DNA of 64,000 bases, taken from positions 1,936,162-2,000,161 of the forward strand of contig AP024674.1 of assembly GCA_025998755.1 (NCBI GenBank). The letters are read 5' to 3'. Of this stretch, positions 40,734 to 50,668 are shown one piece after another. This DNA is from Armatimonadota bacterium (lineage in GTDB: Bacteria; Armatimonadota; UBA5829; DSUL01). Under the pieces are notes generated by a model. The model was not told where the DNA came from, made no database searches, and was given only the letters and a program-made list of their open reading frames with translations. Position numbers and translations under genes: made by a program. Within the stretch, counting starts at the first letter, position 1, and every line of letters starts with the position of its first letter.

Positions 40734-42367
40734 CGGGAATGCTCCGGAGTCTTCGCCCTCTGACGAGTTCCTCGCGGGTCAGCCGTTTGCAGGAGCCACC
40801 AGACCGCTGCCATCAGGGCGTACCAACTCGCAATGGCGGGCAGGCCAGGCGTGGGCCAGTGAATTTCTGCCATCGGCAGACTTCCAAGAGCGTCCACCAC
40901 GGCGGCAGTGGCCGAAGCCAACCACTCCACTGTGCGCGAAAGCAGCCAACCTGCTCCCGGTATCCAGAACAGGAAAGCCAGAGCCACTCCCGCCGCGAAC
41001 AGCGTCTCCGCCAGCAACGCAACCGCCAGATTGGCGGGCAGGCTGACCAGGGAAACGCGGTTGAAATAGTAGGCCAGTATTGGCGCCGTCGCCAGCGTGG
41101 CCGCAACCGTCACCAGCGCCACATCGCGGAAGTGCTCCACAATGAATCTTCCCACCAGTGTGACTGGCGGAGTCTGACCGGAGGGGGAATCATCCCGGGC
41201 TTTCAGACGGGACAGAGAACTCAGCCGAGGTACGAAGGCGATGATGGATCCCACCGCTGCGAAGCTCAGTTGAAAGCCCACGTTGGCGATGGCCAGGGGA
41301 TCCAACAGCAGAATGATGAACACAGTGCCAAACAGCACGCTGACCATGTCGGCCGGCCTTCCAATAAGCAGGGCCATAAGATACAGCGTTGCGCCCACGC
41401 CCGCCCGCATGATGGACGGTTTGCCCCCCACCATGAGCACATAGAAGATCACCAGTGCGATGACCAGCAGCAGTGAGAACGCGCGAGGCGCTCCCAGCGG
41501 AAAGAGGAGCCACCGCCAGAAGATCAGCACGATGAGTCCGCAGTTGAAACCGGACGCCGCCAGCAGATGCAGAGTCCCGCTGCGGCGGAAATTCTCCAGC
41601 AGATCTTCCGGCACCATCGAGTAGCTGCCAAGCAGCATCCCGGAGACCAGCCCCGCTTCACGAGCAGGGAGCCGTTCCAGAAAAAGCCTGTTCAACCACC
41701 TCCTCGCTCGGAGGGCAGCGGCGACGGCCGGATTGCCCGCCCGCGATGTCAGGACCTTCACAGAGGCGGGCGCAGCACGGAGAACGCAGAAAATGCCCTG
41801 ACGGGCGAGATACGCCCGGTAAGAGAAACCTCCGGGCTCCCGGGGCCCGAAAGGCAAGACAAGTTGGCCGCCCACCCGCACCCTGCGGCCGTAGTCCGGC
41901 AGGGCGCTCTCCCGGCCTGCCGGAACCGGCAGCACCACCTGCACGGCTCCGTCCACCCGGCTTTCCTGCCGCTCGCTCCAGAGGCTTTCGGCCATAAGCA
42001 CGAACGTGGCGCGGCGGCGGGAGAGTTCGGGCTCCGAGGAGACCCACCCCTCCAACACCACTGTGCCTATCCGTCCGGCGTGCAGTGAAGGGTCTGCCGG
42101 GCCCGGTAACCGCACCGTGGCAGCTCTCCCGAACCCCAGCAGAGCCATGGCCGCCAGCAGGATGGTCCAGCCCTGATGCCCTCTTGCGAACGCAGCAACC
42201 GCGGCGACAGCCGCGATGCAACCCGCCACCGCAGCCGGGAACGGTGTGGCGGCGGACCAGAGCGAGAGCGCACATCCGCCTCCGTAGGCGAGCGCCACAG
42301 GCACAACGGGACGGCTTTTCAGGCTCTCCGGCAAAGGGATGTCTTCAGGTCCCTGTCTCCGGCCCAC
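40730..42367 (-). CDS. comEC: ComEC/Rec2 DNA-internalisation channel, N-terminal part (DUF4131 + competence domain)
   Basis: 545 aa, many TM helices; GTLHLLAASGFNCGLIVLIF, MRAGVGATLYLMALLIGRP, typical of ComEC. Confidence 0.8.
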   Translation of the reverse strand: MGRRQGPEDIPLPESLKSRPVVPVALAYGGGCALSLWSAATPFPAAVAGCIAAVAAVAAFARGHQGWTILLAAMALLGFGRAATVRLPGPADPSLHAGRIGTVVLEGWVSSEPELSRRRATFVLMAESLWSERQESRVDGAVQVVLPVPAGRESALPDYGRRVRVGGQLVLPFGPREPGGFSYRAYLARQGIFCVLRAAPASVKVLTSRAGNPAVAAALRARRWLNRLFLERLPAREAGLVSGMLLGSYSMVPEDLLENFRRSGTLHLLAASGFNCGLIVLIFWRWLLFPLGAPRAFSLLLVIALVIFYVLMVGGKPSIMRAGVGATLYLMALLIGRPADMVSVLFGTVFIILLLDPLAIANVGFQLSFAAVGSIIAFVPRLSSLSRLKARDDSPSGQTPPVTLVGRFIVEHFRDVALVTVAATLATAPILAYYFNRVSLVSLPANLAVALLAETLFAAGVALAFLFWIPGAGWLLSRTVEWLASATAAVVDALGSLPMAEIHWPTPGLPAIASWYALMAAVWWLLQTADPRGTRQRAKTPEHSR

Positions 42368-42403
42368 AGGAACCGATTCTGCGGGGACTTCACCCGGTCT
42401 TCC

Positions 42404-43222
42404 TCAGCGCCGGTACACCAAGGGGTTCAGCGGGCTGGCGGCAACATCGCCCGGTTTCTGACCCGGGAACCACGCCTCCATATCGGCCTGCCGGTTGGGA
42501 TTATCCGGGACGGAGATGACTCCTCCGTCGGCGAAATAGATGATGGTCATCACCTCCCGCATCCGCTCCGTCTGGTTCGGAGGCGCGCAGTGAAGCGTCC
42601 AGCCGCTGTGGAATGTGGCGTCGCCCGCGCGCATCGGCGAGGAAAACACCGGATAGGACTGCTCTTCCACGTGCCGACGGAACAACTCCTCGGACTCATC
42701 GGAAATGGGGATATGCCCCAGAAAACCTTCCCGATGCGACCCGCTGGCGAACGTCAGGGCACCCATTTCCACCGGGACATCCACCAGAGGCATCCACATC
42801 GTCACAGTGGGGACACCATCCAGCGGCCAATAGTACTGGTCCTGATGCCAGGGAGTGTGCCCTCCTCCCGGCTCCTTGAACAGCGCCTGGTCATGATATA
42901 GCCGGACTCCGTCCACACCCATCAGCTCCGCAGCGATCCTGGCGAACCGGCGCGCCAGAACGAAAGGCGCGACTCCGGCGTTTTTCTGCCATAAATTGGT
43001 GATCTGGAGGAACGCCTTGCCGTAGGTGTCGCGCTCCTCCAGGCTGCGCGTCTCGGTGGACAGGCTCCGGACGGCCTCAGCGATGACGGGGCGCCACTTC
43101 GCCGCATCGGCCTCGCTTAGCACTCCTCGGAGCAAAACGTGCCCATCGCGCCGGTATGAATGAATCTGCTCTTCCGTGAGCGGATAGTCTTGCTTCAGTT
43201 CTGGATACTGGTGATCTTTCAC
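42404..43222 (-). CDS. phytanoyl-CoA dioxygenase (PhyH) family Fe(II)/2OG oxygenase
   Basis: HTPWHQDQYYWP...SGSHREG...HSGWTLHCAPPN (H-x-D...H facial triad). GTG start at 43222 with GGAG 9 nt upstream. Confidence 0.75.
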   Translation of the reverse strand: MKDHQYPELKQDYPLTEEQIHSYRRDGHVLLRGVLSEADAAKWRPVIAEAVRSLSTETRSLEERDTYGKAFLQITNLWQKNAGVAPFVLARRFARIAAELMGVDGVRLYHDQALFKEPGGGHTPWHQDQYYWPLDGVPTVTMWMPLVDVPVEMGALTFASGSHREGFLGHIPISDESEELFRRHVEEQSYPVFSSPMRAGDATFHSGWTLHCAPPNQTERMREVMTIIYFADGGVISVPDNPNRQADMEAWFPGQKPGDVAASPLNPLVYRR

Positions 43223-43510
43223 TTCCGCCTGCTCCTTCCCCCGGCCGTGACCGCTTGGAACGCTGCCACTCACCGGTCCCGGTCCAAGTATAACCCGCCC
43301 GCCGCACGCATTCCAGAGGGGTGGACCGCAGTTTTGGAGGACCATACGCAGCCGGCGCGACTCAGGGCCGGCTGGAGGGTAGCCGTCGGTTGAGGAGTAC
43401 GGCCGCGCCGGACAACCCAGCCGCCGCCCCGCCTACAGGCTGTGAGGTGCGCGGAGCCATACTGACAGGGCGGCGAGGAGTGGGCTACAATCGGGAGTAG
43501 CGGATCAGCC

Positions 43511-45322
43511 ATGCCTCACTCCCAAGACCATATTCGCAACTTCTGCATTATCGCGCACATTGACCATGGCAAGTCCACCCTGGCCGACCGCATCCTTGAG
43601 GTGACGGAGGCCGTCTCGGAGCGCGAGAAGCGCGACCAGATGCTGGACACCATGGACCTTGAGCGCGAGCGCGGCATCACCATCAAGATGACCGCGGTTC
43701 GCCTGCTGTACAAAGCAGACGACGGCCAGACCTACACGCTGAATCTGATTGACACACCGGGGCACGTTGATTTCAGCTACGAGGTCTCGCGAAGCCTGAA
43801 CGCCTGCGAGGGAGCCATTCTGGTGGTGGATGCGGCGCAGGGTGTGGAGGCGCAGACCTTGGCGAACGTCAATCTGGCCATGGCCGCCAACCTCACCATC
43901 ATCCCGGTCATCAACAAAATCGACCTGGAGATGGCGGACCCCGAAAGGGTGAAAGAGGAGATCGAAAACGTGCTGGCCATTCCAGCCGAGGATGCGGTGC
44001 TGGCCAGCGCAAGACAGGGCATCGGTACGCGAGAGATCCTGGAGCGCGTGGTCCGCGAGGTGCCGCCTCCTTCCGGCGACCCGGACGCTCCCTTGCGGGC
44101 CCTGATCTTCGACTCCCATTACGACCAGTACCTGGGCGTGGTGGCCTACGTGCGGATTGTGGATGGGCGCCTGCGCCGGGGCGACCGGATCCGGATGATG
44201 TCCAGCAGCAAGGAGTTCGAGGTCACGGCCGTTGGATATTTCCGTCCGGAGATGCTGGAGGGTCCGGAGCTCTCCACCGGGGAGGTCGGGTGGGTGACCG
44301 CGTCCATGAAACAGGTGGGCGACGCCCGCGTGGGAGACACCATCACACTGGCCGGCAGCGCGGGAGCCCGGGAACCTCTGCCGGGATACAAGCGCGCGAA
44401 GCCCATGGTGTCCTGCGGACTGTACCCGATGAACAGCGAGGACTACCCGGACCTGCGTGAGGCTCTGGAGAAGCTGCAGCTGAACGACGCCTCGCTGAGC
44501 TGGGAGCCGGAGACCTCGGCAGCGCTGGGATTCGGATTCCGCTGCGGGTTCCTTGGCCTCCTGCATATGGACATCATCCAGGAGCGGCTGGAGCGGGAGT
44601 TCGGGCTGGACATCATCGCCACCGCCCCGGGTGTGGTTTACCGCGTCCACAAGACGGACGGGACGGTGGAAGAGGTGGACAATCCTTCCAAACTGCCGCC
44701 CGTGACGCAGATTGCGAAGATCGAGGAGCCATTCGTCACCGCAACCATCATTGTCCCGTCGGAGTATCTTGGGGGCGTGATGGAGCTCTGCCAGGATCGC
44801 CGGGGGACCTTCGAGCACATGGAGTACTCCGGCACCACCCGGGTCATTATCACCTACAAGCTGCCGCTGGCGGAGATCCTTATGGACTTCTACGATCAGC
44901 TCAAGAGCCGCACCCGCGGATATGCCTCTTTCGATTACGAGATGGCGGGCTTCCAGGAGTCCAAAGTGGTAAAGCTGGACATCCTGCTGAATGGCCAGCC
45001 GGTGGATGCGTTGTCGTTCATCACTCATCAGGACCGTGCCTACGCGCGAGGCCGGATGCTGGTGGACAAGCTGCGCGACATCCTGCCGCGCCAGCTGTTC
45101 GAGATCCGCGTGCAGGCGGCCATCGGGCAGAAGATCATCGCGGCCAGCAGCATCCGCCCCCTCCGGAAGAACGTCACGGCCAAATGCTACGGCGGCGACA
45201 TCACGCGAAAGCGTAAGCTGCTGGAGAAGCAGAAGGAGGGCAAGAAGAGGATGAAGCAGATCGGCTCCGTGGAAGTGCCGCAGGAGGCGTTCCTTTCCGT
45301 GCTGAAGCTGGGCGGCGACTGA
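43511..45322 (+). CDS. lepA: elongation factor 4
   Basis: 603 aa; [33 protein letters not shown]; LepA C-terminal domain. Confidence 0.95.
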   Translation: MPHSQDHIRNFCIIAHIDHGKSTLADRILEVTEAVSEREKRDQMLDTMDLERERGITIKMTAVRLLYKADDGQTYTLNLIDTPGHVDFSYEVSRSLNACEGAILVVDAAQGVEAQTLANVNLAMAANLTIIPVINKIDLEMADPERVKEEIENVLAIPAEDAVLASARQGIGTREILERVVREVPPPSGDPDAPLRALIFDSHYDQYLGVVAYVRIVDGRLRRGDRIRMMSSSKEFEVTAVGYFRPEMLEGPELSTGEVGWVTASMKQVGDARVGDTITLAGSAGAREPLPGYKRAKPMVSCGLYPMNSEDYPDLREALEKLQLNDASLSWEPETSAALGFGFRCGFLGLLHMDIIQERLEREFGLDIIATAPGVVYRVHKTDGTVEEVDNPSKLPPVTQIAKIEEPFVTATIIVPSEYLGGVMELCQDRRGTFEHMEYSGTTRVIITYKLPLAEILMDFYDQLKSRTRGYASFDYEMAGFQESKVVKLDILLNGQPVDALSFITHQDRAYARGRMLVDKLRDILPRQLFEIRVQAAIGQKIIAASSIRPLRKNVTAKCYGGDITRKRKLLEKQKEGKKRMKQIGSVEVPQEAFLSVLKLGGD

Positions 45323-45383
45323 TCGGCATTCTTGCCGCACCCTCCAGCCGGGAGCGGCGCCTGGACTCTGGAGCTCCGGACTG

Positions 45384-46328
45384 ATGACTCCTCCCCGCAA
45401 GGAAGCCAAGGCCGATGGCACCGAGGTCTGGCCTGCCTACCTGCGCCTTAGCGGCACAGGAGAGCTGGCGGAGCGCGCCCGGCGCGCCAGAGAACTGCAA
45501 AGCGAGTGCCGTCTGTGTCCGCGAGGGTGCCTTGCGGCCAGACTCTCCAGGGAGATGGGTATCTGCGCCACGCTAGACCAGGCGGTGGTAGCGAGCTATG
45601 GCCCTCATCACGGCGAGGAGTCGTGTCTGAGCGGATGGCGGGGAAGCGGAACAATCTTCTTTTCCGGCTGCTCACTGGGGTGTGTGTTCTGCCAGAACCA
45701 TGACATCAGCCAGCGCAGGTCCGGCGAACCCGTTAGCCCGGAGGAACTCGCGGAGATCATGCTGCAGCTCCAGGCGATGGGCTGTCACAACGTGAACCTG
45801 GTCACCCCCACCCACGTTGTGCCCCAGATCCTGGAGGCGCTGGAGTTGGCCGCCGCAAACGGTCTGCGTCTGCCGCTCGTCTACAACACCTCCGGGTACG
45901 ATTCCATCGAGACGCTGCAGATGCTGGACGGGGTGGTGGACATCTACATGCCGGACGTGAAATTCCTGGACCGCGAGCTGGCTTCGCGCTATCTTAACGC
46001 GCCGGACTATCCGGAGGTGGTCCGGGCAGCCGTTGGCGAGATGCACCGGCAGACAGGTCCTCTGACCTGCGACGATCGGGGGCTGGCGCGCAGAGGAGTT
46101 TTGGTGCGACATCTGGTGATGCCGGGCTGCCTGGAGGACACAAAGCGGGTGCTGCGCTTCCTTGCGTCAGAGATCTCTGCGCGCACGTATGTGAACGTGA
46201 TGGCTCAGTACCGCCCCGAGCACCGCGTCTCCCTGGAGACCTTCCCGGAGATCGCCAGACCGCTGTCCCCGGAAGAATATCAGGAAGCGATCCTGACCGC
46301 CCGCGGGCTGGGCCTGCGTCTGGACTGA
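45384..46328 (+). CDS. radical SAM protein, PflX/YjjW-like (pyruvate formate-lyase activating enzyme homologue)
   Basis: CxxxCxxC cluster FFSGCSLGCVFCQNHDIS; N-terminal CRLCPRGC. Confidence 0.7.
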   Translation: MTPPRKEAKADGTEVWPAYLRLSGTGELAERARRARELQSECRLCPRGCLAARLSREMGICATLDQAVVASYGPHHGEESCLSGWRGSGTIFFSGCSLGCVFCQNHDISQRRSGEPVSPEELAEIMLQLQAMGCHNVNLVTPTHVVPQILEALELAAANGLRLPLVYNTSGYDSIETLQMLDGVVDIYMPDVKFLDRELASRYLNAPDYPEVVRAAVGEMHRQTGPLTCDDRGLARRGVLVRHLVMPGCLEDTKRVLRFLASEISARTYVNVMAQYRPEHRVSLETFPEIARPLSPEEYQEAILTARGLGLRLD

Positions 46329-46361
46329 ATAGATCTTTTGCTCCTCAGACCGGGTCTTTAT

Positions 46362-47104
46362 CTACCCTAGAACCAACCGCAAGGCTGCAACCGCCGCCAG
46401 CACCAGCACCGCGTTATCGAATACTTTCTGCGGGATGCGCGGCAAAAGCCACCGGCCCGCCACCGCTCCCACGGCAATCATCGGGGCGACCAGCAGATTG
46501 AACGTCAGCGATGATGCGCTGAACATCGGGTGCCGGGGGTCTGCGGCGGTCAGGGCGGCGAAGATGGGCACCTTGATGAGATTGAAGATGAAGAAATACC
46601 AGGCGAACGAGCCCATGAACTCGGACTTGTCGAGTCCGGCGCTCAGGAAGTAGAGGCTCATCACCGGCCCCGCGGCGTTGGAGACCGCGGTGGCGAATCC
46701 GGCCGCAACTCCGGTGAGGGCCGATCCCGCACGCGAGTGCGGCACGAGCTTCTCGCCCCATCGTCCTCGTGCCAGACTGAGCGCCAGCATCACCAGCACC
46801 AGCACGCCGATCAGGACGCCCAGACGGTCGCGCGAACCTTCCGCAGGTCCCAGCATCTGCAGCGTGGCTGCGCCCAGAGCCTGTCCCATCGGGCATGGCG
46901 CCGGTACCACGCCACCGCGAAACAGTCCGCGAAGATGAGCATCGGCAGCAGGGTGCCCACAGACTGCCGTCCACCGAAGAGCGCAGCCATCAGAGGAACG
47001 ACCAGAATCCCGGTTCCGGGAACCCCGGTTTTCGAGAAACCCACCAGCGCCGCAGACGCGAGCGCCAGCGCCCACTCCAGAGGCGTCAACGAGGGTATCA
47101 GCAT
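46362..47104 (-). pseudogene. TauE/SafE-family anion exporter interrupted by a frameshift
   Basis: N-terminal half (…GFSKTGVPGTGILVVPLMAALFGG…) in ORF 46811..47104; C-terminal half (…LGVLIGVLVLVMLALS…FFIFNLIKVPIFAALTA…) in the other ORF 46362..47135. Frames switch near 46890-46910. Confidence 0.55.
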
Positions 47105-47198
47105 CGCAGCTTGCTCCTGCTCCCGAGGCTCTCAAGATTCGCGAAAAAGGAGCCGGATGCGCAGATCCGGCTCCTGCAGCGTTGGAATCGTCCGCCCA

Positions 47199-47954
47199 CT
47201 AGGCCGGCTTCGTCCGTCTTCTGCAGAGCAGTGTGGCCACACCCGCCATCAGCGCCGTCAAGGAGCCGGGCTCCGGAATGACGGTATACTGGATGGTGAG
47301 ATAGGGCCTGTAGTCAATACCGCCTTCGCGGGTGTTGAAGCTGACTCCTTCTCCGGCCACCCCGTCGTGCGAGGTGGCGCGCAGGAGCCAACCGTTGTTA
47401 GCCGTTCCCTGATACCATGCCTGCACGGACGCCGTCACGTCCCAGTGGTAGTAGCGGTTCACCTGGGAATCCTTGGTGAACAGCACCGGGGTGCCATCGT
47501 GGGTCTGGCTCCGATCGCCCCATTGCCACCCCTCGCAACCGGGAGAAGACCAGTAAGATGTCCCCCGGAAGCGGTTCCAGGTGGCCTCGGTCTCAACCCA
47601 GGGCCGGTATTGCCCCACGCGGAAGGGAGCAACATAGAGGTAATCGTTGGAGTCCATGTCCACCACCTGATAGCACCACAGCGACAGCGTGGCGCTGTGG
47701 ATGATGGACGTCGGCGGGATCCTCCCCGTCAGGTCGAAGCGGATCAGTCCACTGCGCCGGGGGGCATCGTTATACATGTAGACGTGCATGTACCAAGGAG
47801 TGCCGTAGTTGGTGTCCGGCGACTGGCTGTCAATGTAGGCGTCCGTGGTCCCCGAATACCCGCCGACTCCCTGTTTCAGCACCAGGGTGTCGGCAGCCAC
47901 CGGCAGGGCGCATAGGACGATCAGAAGCACCACCGTTGCGGCAAGCTTCTTCAT
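47199..47954 (-). CDS. secreted PEP-CTERM sorting-domain protein
   Basis: Signal peptide MKKLAATVVLLIVLCALPVAA; C-terminus VIPEPGSLTALMAGVATLLCRRRTK (PEP + TM + basic tail). Confidence 0.75.
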   Translation of the reverse strand: MKKLAATVVLLIVLCALPVAADTLVLKQGVGGYSGTTDAYIDSQSPDTNYGTPWYMHVYMYNDAPRRSGLIRFDLTGRIPPTSIIHSATLSLWCYQVVDMDSNDYLYVAPFRVGQYRPWVETEATWNRFRGTSYWSSPGCEGWQWGDRSQTHDGTPVLFTKDSQVNRYYHWDVTASVQAWYQGTANNGWLLRATSHDGVAGEGVSFNTREGGIDYRPYLTIQYTVIPEPGSLTALMAGVATLLCRRRTKPA

Positions 47955-48063
47955 CCCTGGATGTAACCCTCCTTATCGCAAAGCACTCCCGCGGACTCAA
48001 GCGACCGGAGGCGATCGGTAGAGCATGAGCCCGCCTCCCTCATTATAAGGGTAAGGATGTTCA

Positions 48064-48085
48064 TCAGGCCTGTCAATAGGCCTGA
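48064..48085. promoter_or_regulatory. perfect palindrome tcaggcct-gtcaat-aggcctga between Gfo/Idh/MocA gene end and PEP-CTERM gene start
   Basis: 8-bp inverted arms with a 6-nt spacer, ~110 bp upstream of the PEP-CTERM start codon. Could be an operator or the upstream gene's terminator. Confidence 0.2.
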
Positions 48086-48188
48086 CTTCGCCGCAACACG
48101 TGGCGTTCCACGATCCCCCGAGATGCAAGAAGGGCGGGAGTCCTCCTGTCACTTGCGCCCCGCGTTCATCTAGAGATTGCAGAAGCGG

Positions 48189-49310
48189 TCAGCGCCGCTG
48201 GAACTGCGGGATCTGCAGCTTCTCACCGTTCCGGAGCGAACTCTGGTGCGCGATGATCCCGGGAGCCGTATATGCCACCGCTTCGTAGACATCGATGGCC
48301 GGCTGCCGGCCGTGGACAAGGGCGTCCACGAACTCGTGCGTCAGGAAAGCGTGCGAGCCGTCGTGGCCAGTGTTCACCCGAAGCGGCTCAGGCAGCATCT
48401 CCGTCTTCCACCAAGCGACCGGCTCATACTGCTCGAAGACAGGGAGCGTCCGGACGAACCCGGCGTCGTCGGTCTCCTGCGTCTCCGTGCTGCGGACGAT
48501 GACCGGCCCAAGACCGTTGGGGTGCTCCATAAAGAAGCTCATCTTCGTCCCGTACCACTGGGCTCGCTCGGTTCCGCGGTGAGCTCCCTGCCAGAAGATA
48601 CAGACCCGGAAGGTATGACCGAGGTCGGTCCTGAACAGGGCGGTCTGGTTCCAGAACGGGTTTCCGTAGTCGTTGTCCTTGAGCTCCGGACGGTCATCTC
48701 CCCAGCCGTAGCAGGTGACCTCTGTCAGACGCTCACCGGTCAGGCCCACCAGGAATGCAGTGCAGTGGGTAGGATAGTGCATGGGCGGGAAGGCGTAGCG
48801 CCACGATCGCGAACCGTCCGGGTTGGCGAAAAGCGGCTCCAGTCCCGCGTGATGATACTCGGCCTCCGTGTAGAAGATCTCTCCGAACCTTCCCTCCTGC
48901 CACCACTGTCGCGCGCTGATCATGGTCTGCCTGTAGTAGCTGGTCTCACCCATCATGTAGGTGAGGCCGGTCTTTTCCACCGTGTCCACCAGCTCCTGGC
49001 ACTCCTCGATGGACATAGCGGCCGGTACCGCGCACCAGACATGCTTCCCGGCCTTCAGCGCGGCAATGGATTGCCGTGCGTGCCACGGGGCGCCCGAGCA
49101 AATGGCCACGGCGTCCACATCCGGATCGGCGATCAACTGGTCGAAGTCTGTATAGGCTTTGGCGCAGGAGTATGTCTCCTGCAGCGCCCTGCGCCGCTCC
49201 GGCAGAGCATCGCAAACCGCCTCCACAGTGCTGTGAGGATGCAGATGCCATTGGAACGACGTGCCGAAGCCGCCGCCCAGAACCCCCATCCGGACCCTGC
49301 CTGATTTCAT
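48189..49310 (-). CDS. Gfo/Idh/MocA-family NAD(P)-dependent oxidoreductase
   Basis: Rossmann VRMGVLGGGFG...VEAVCD...; 373 aa; C-terminal GFO_IDH_MocA-like domain. Confidence 0.8.
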   Translation of the reverse strand: MKSGRVRMGVLGGGFGTSFQWHLHPHSTVEAVCDALPERRRALQETYSCAKAYTDFDQLIADPDVDAVAICSGAPWHARQSIAALKAGKHVWCAVPAAMSIEECQELVDTVEKTGLTYMMGETSYYRQTMISARQWWQEGRFGEIFYTEAEYHHAGLEPLFANPDGSRSWRYAFPPMHYPTHCTAFLVGLTGERLTEVTCYGWGDDRPELKDNDYGNPFWNQTALFRTDLGHTFRVCIFWQGAHRGTERAQWYGTKMSFFMEHPNGLGPVIVRSTETQETDDAGFVRTLPVFEQYEPVAWWKTEMLPEPLRVNTGHDGSHAFLTHEFVDALVHGRQPAIDVYEAVAYTAPGIIAHQSSLRNGEKLQIPQFQRR

Positions 49311-49343
49311 CTTCTCACTATCCCTTCTATCGGGCGGGAGGGG

Positions 49344-49643
49344 CTACAAGAAATCGTACACCCGCACCCGGTCCCAGTGTTGACTGAATCGCCGGACGAA
49401 CTCCTGATGTAGGGGATCCTCCTGATAGGCGTCGTGACCCTCTCGGCCGTCGAAGATCACACAGAGGCCTACATCGAAGCTGGAGTCCACAATATTGCGG
49501 GACGACTCCACTGCCGTGCCCGCCCAGATGTGGCGAACGGAGGCGATCTTTCCGAGCGACTCCAGAGCGTCCCGGATCATCGCGCGCCGCACCTCCTCGC
49601 CGCATCCCTCTTTCAGCCAGAACAGAACCGTGTGGACAAACAT
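49344..49643 (-). CDS. Dabb (stress-responsive dimeric alpha/beta-barrel) domain protein
   Basis: 99 aa; MFVHTVLFWLKEG...FDVGLCVIFD...HQEF typical of Dabb. Confidence 0.7.
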   Translation of the reverse strand: MFVHTVLFWLKEGCGEEVRRAMIRDALESLGKIASVRHIWAGTAVESSRNIVDSSFDVGLCVIFDGREGHDAYQEDPLHQEFVRRFSQHWDRVRVYDFL

Positions 49644-49780
49644 CAGGCGGCTCTTCCTCCTTTCCCGTCAATTCCATCGCCGACGCTACCTTTAGCCGGA
49701 ACGGTTGAGTCATCCTGCGGAAAGGCTGGATCGTGGACGGTGCGTCTGTAACGCGGCGCAGAGGCTCACAGCGTTACTCC

Positions 49781-50494
49781 TCAGGGCAGCACAGAAGGGC
49801 CGCGGAACAGCAACTCGTCCGTTCCCGGCCATTTCCCGGTGTTCCAGTCCAGCCCTCCGGGCACGGTGCCGACGCGCCCGTCCAGGAACGTCACATTCGC
49901 CTTGCCATCGTGCCGGTTCGTGGTGGTGTCCGTGAACACGAACGCAGGATCGTTCAGGGGAGTCGGGCCGTCGTCGAGTCGCTTGGCCTCATCCACCAGA
50001 AGGATGGTGCGGGAGGGATTCGGATACAGGGAGATGGGGATTCCATCGAACTCGGCCCGCATGACCAGCGAGTTGTCATAGTAGCCCCTTGCGCCCACCC
50101 ACGTGCAGTATGCATTGATGGAGTAGCTCCAGGGAGGCGGCTGCTGCTTTTCCACCCTGGTCAGGGAAGGGCACTGGTCAATGGCGCGCGCCTTGGTGTA
50201 GGCGATAATGCCGTTCGGAGTGGGCTCCCAGGTCCCGGTGCGGTTGGTGAAATAGGCCTGAAACGGAGGGATCCTGTTGGAGTTGTCGTCGGAGTACATC
50301 AGGAAAGCGAGTCCCAGTTGCTTCATATTGTTGATGCACGCGGTCTGACGCGCGCGCACCCGGGCGCGGGCGAACACGGGGATCAGGATGGCGGCCAGAA
50401 TCGCGATGATGGCGATGACCACCAGGAGTTCGATCAGGGTGAAGCCCGAAGTTCGGACGCGCCGCAGACGCGGCATGCAGGAAATTCGTCGCAT
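49781..50494 (-). CDS. DUF1559 protein with prepilin-type N-terminal cleavage/methylation domain (type II pseudopilin-like)
   Basis: [48 protein letters not shown] is the signature N-terminus of the DUF1559/H-X9-DG family abundant in Planctomycetota. Confidence 0.85.
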   Translation of the reverse strand: MRRISCMPRLRRVRTSGFTLIELLVVIAIIAILAAILIPVFARARVRARQTACINNMKQLGLAFLMYSDDNSNRIPPFQAYFTNRTGTWEPTPNGIIAYTKARAIDQCPSLTRVEKQQPPPWSYSINAYCTWVGARGYYDNSLVMRAEFDGIPISLYPNPSRTILLVDEAKRLDDGPTPLNDPAFVFTDTTTNRHDGKANVTFLDGRVGTVPGGLDWNTGKWPGTDELLFRGPSVLP

Positions 50495-50668
50495 GGCAGT
50501 CTCCGTTGCGGAACGCGCAGGAAAGAGGGTTCGCAGGCTCGGATTCCCGCGCGGCAGATTTCCATCATTCTACAACATTCCGCAAGAGTCTGCAATCACC
50601 ACGCCCTCTCTCATGTACAGGGGGAACCAGGGCAGTTCGCCGCGCCGTTTCCCAACATTGGAGAGGTT

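Noticed and set aside
43505-45421. 638-aa minus-strand ORF antisense to lepA
   Set aside because: LepA on the plus strand is unequivocal; the antisense frame is low-complexity.
49733-50668. 5' part of the 654-aa track ORF 49733..51697
   Set aside because: The extension runs antisense through the DUF1559 gene and is R/G-rich. The real exonuclease starts at ATG 50669, behind a GGAGAGG RBS.
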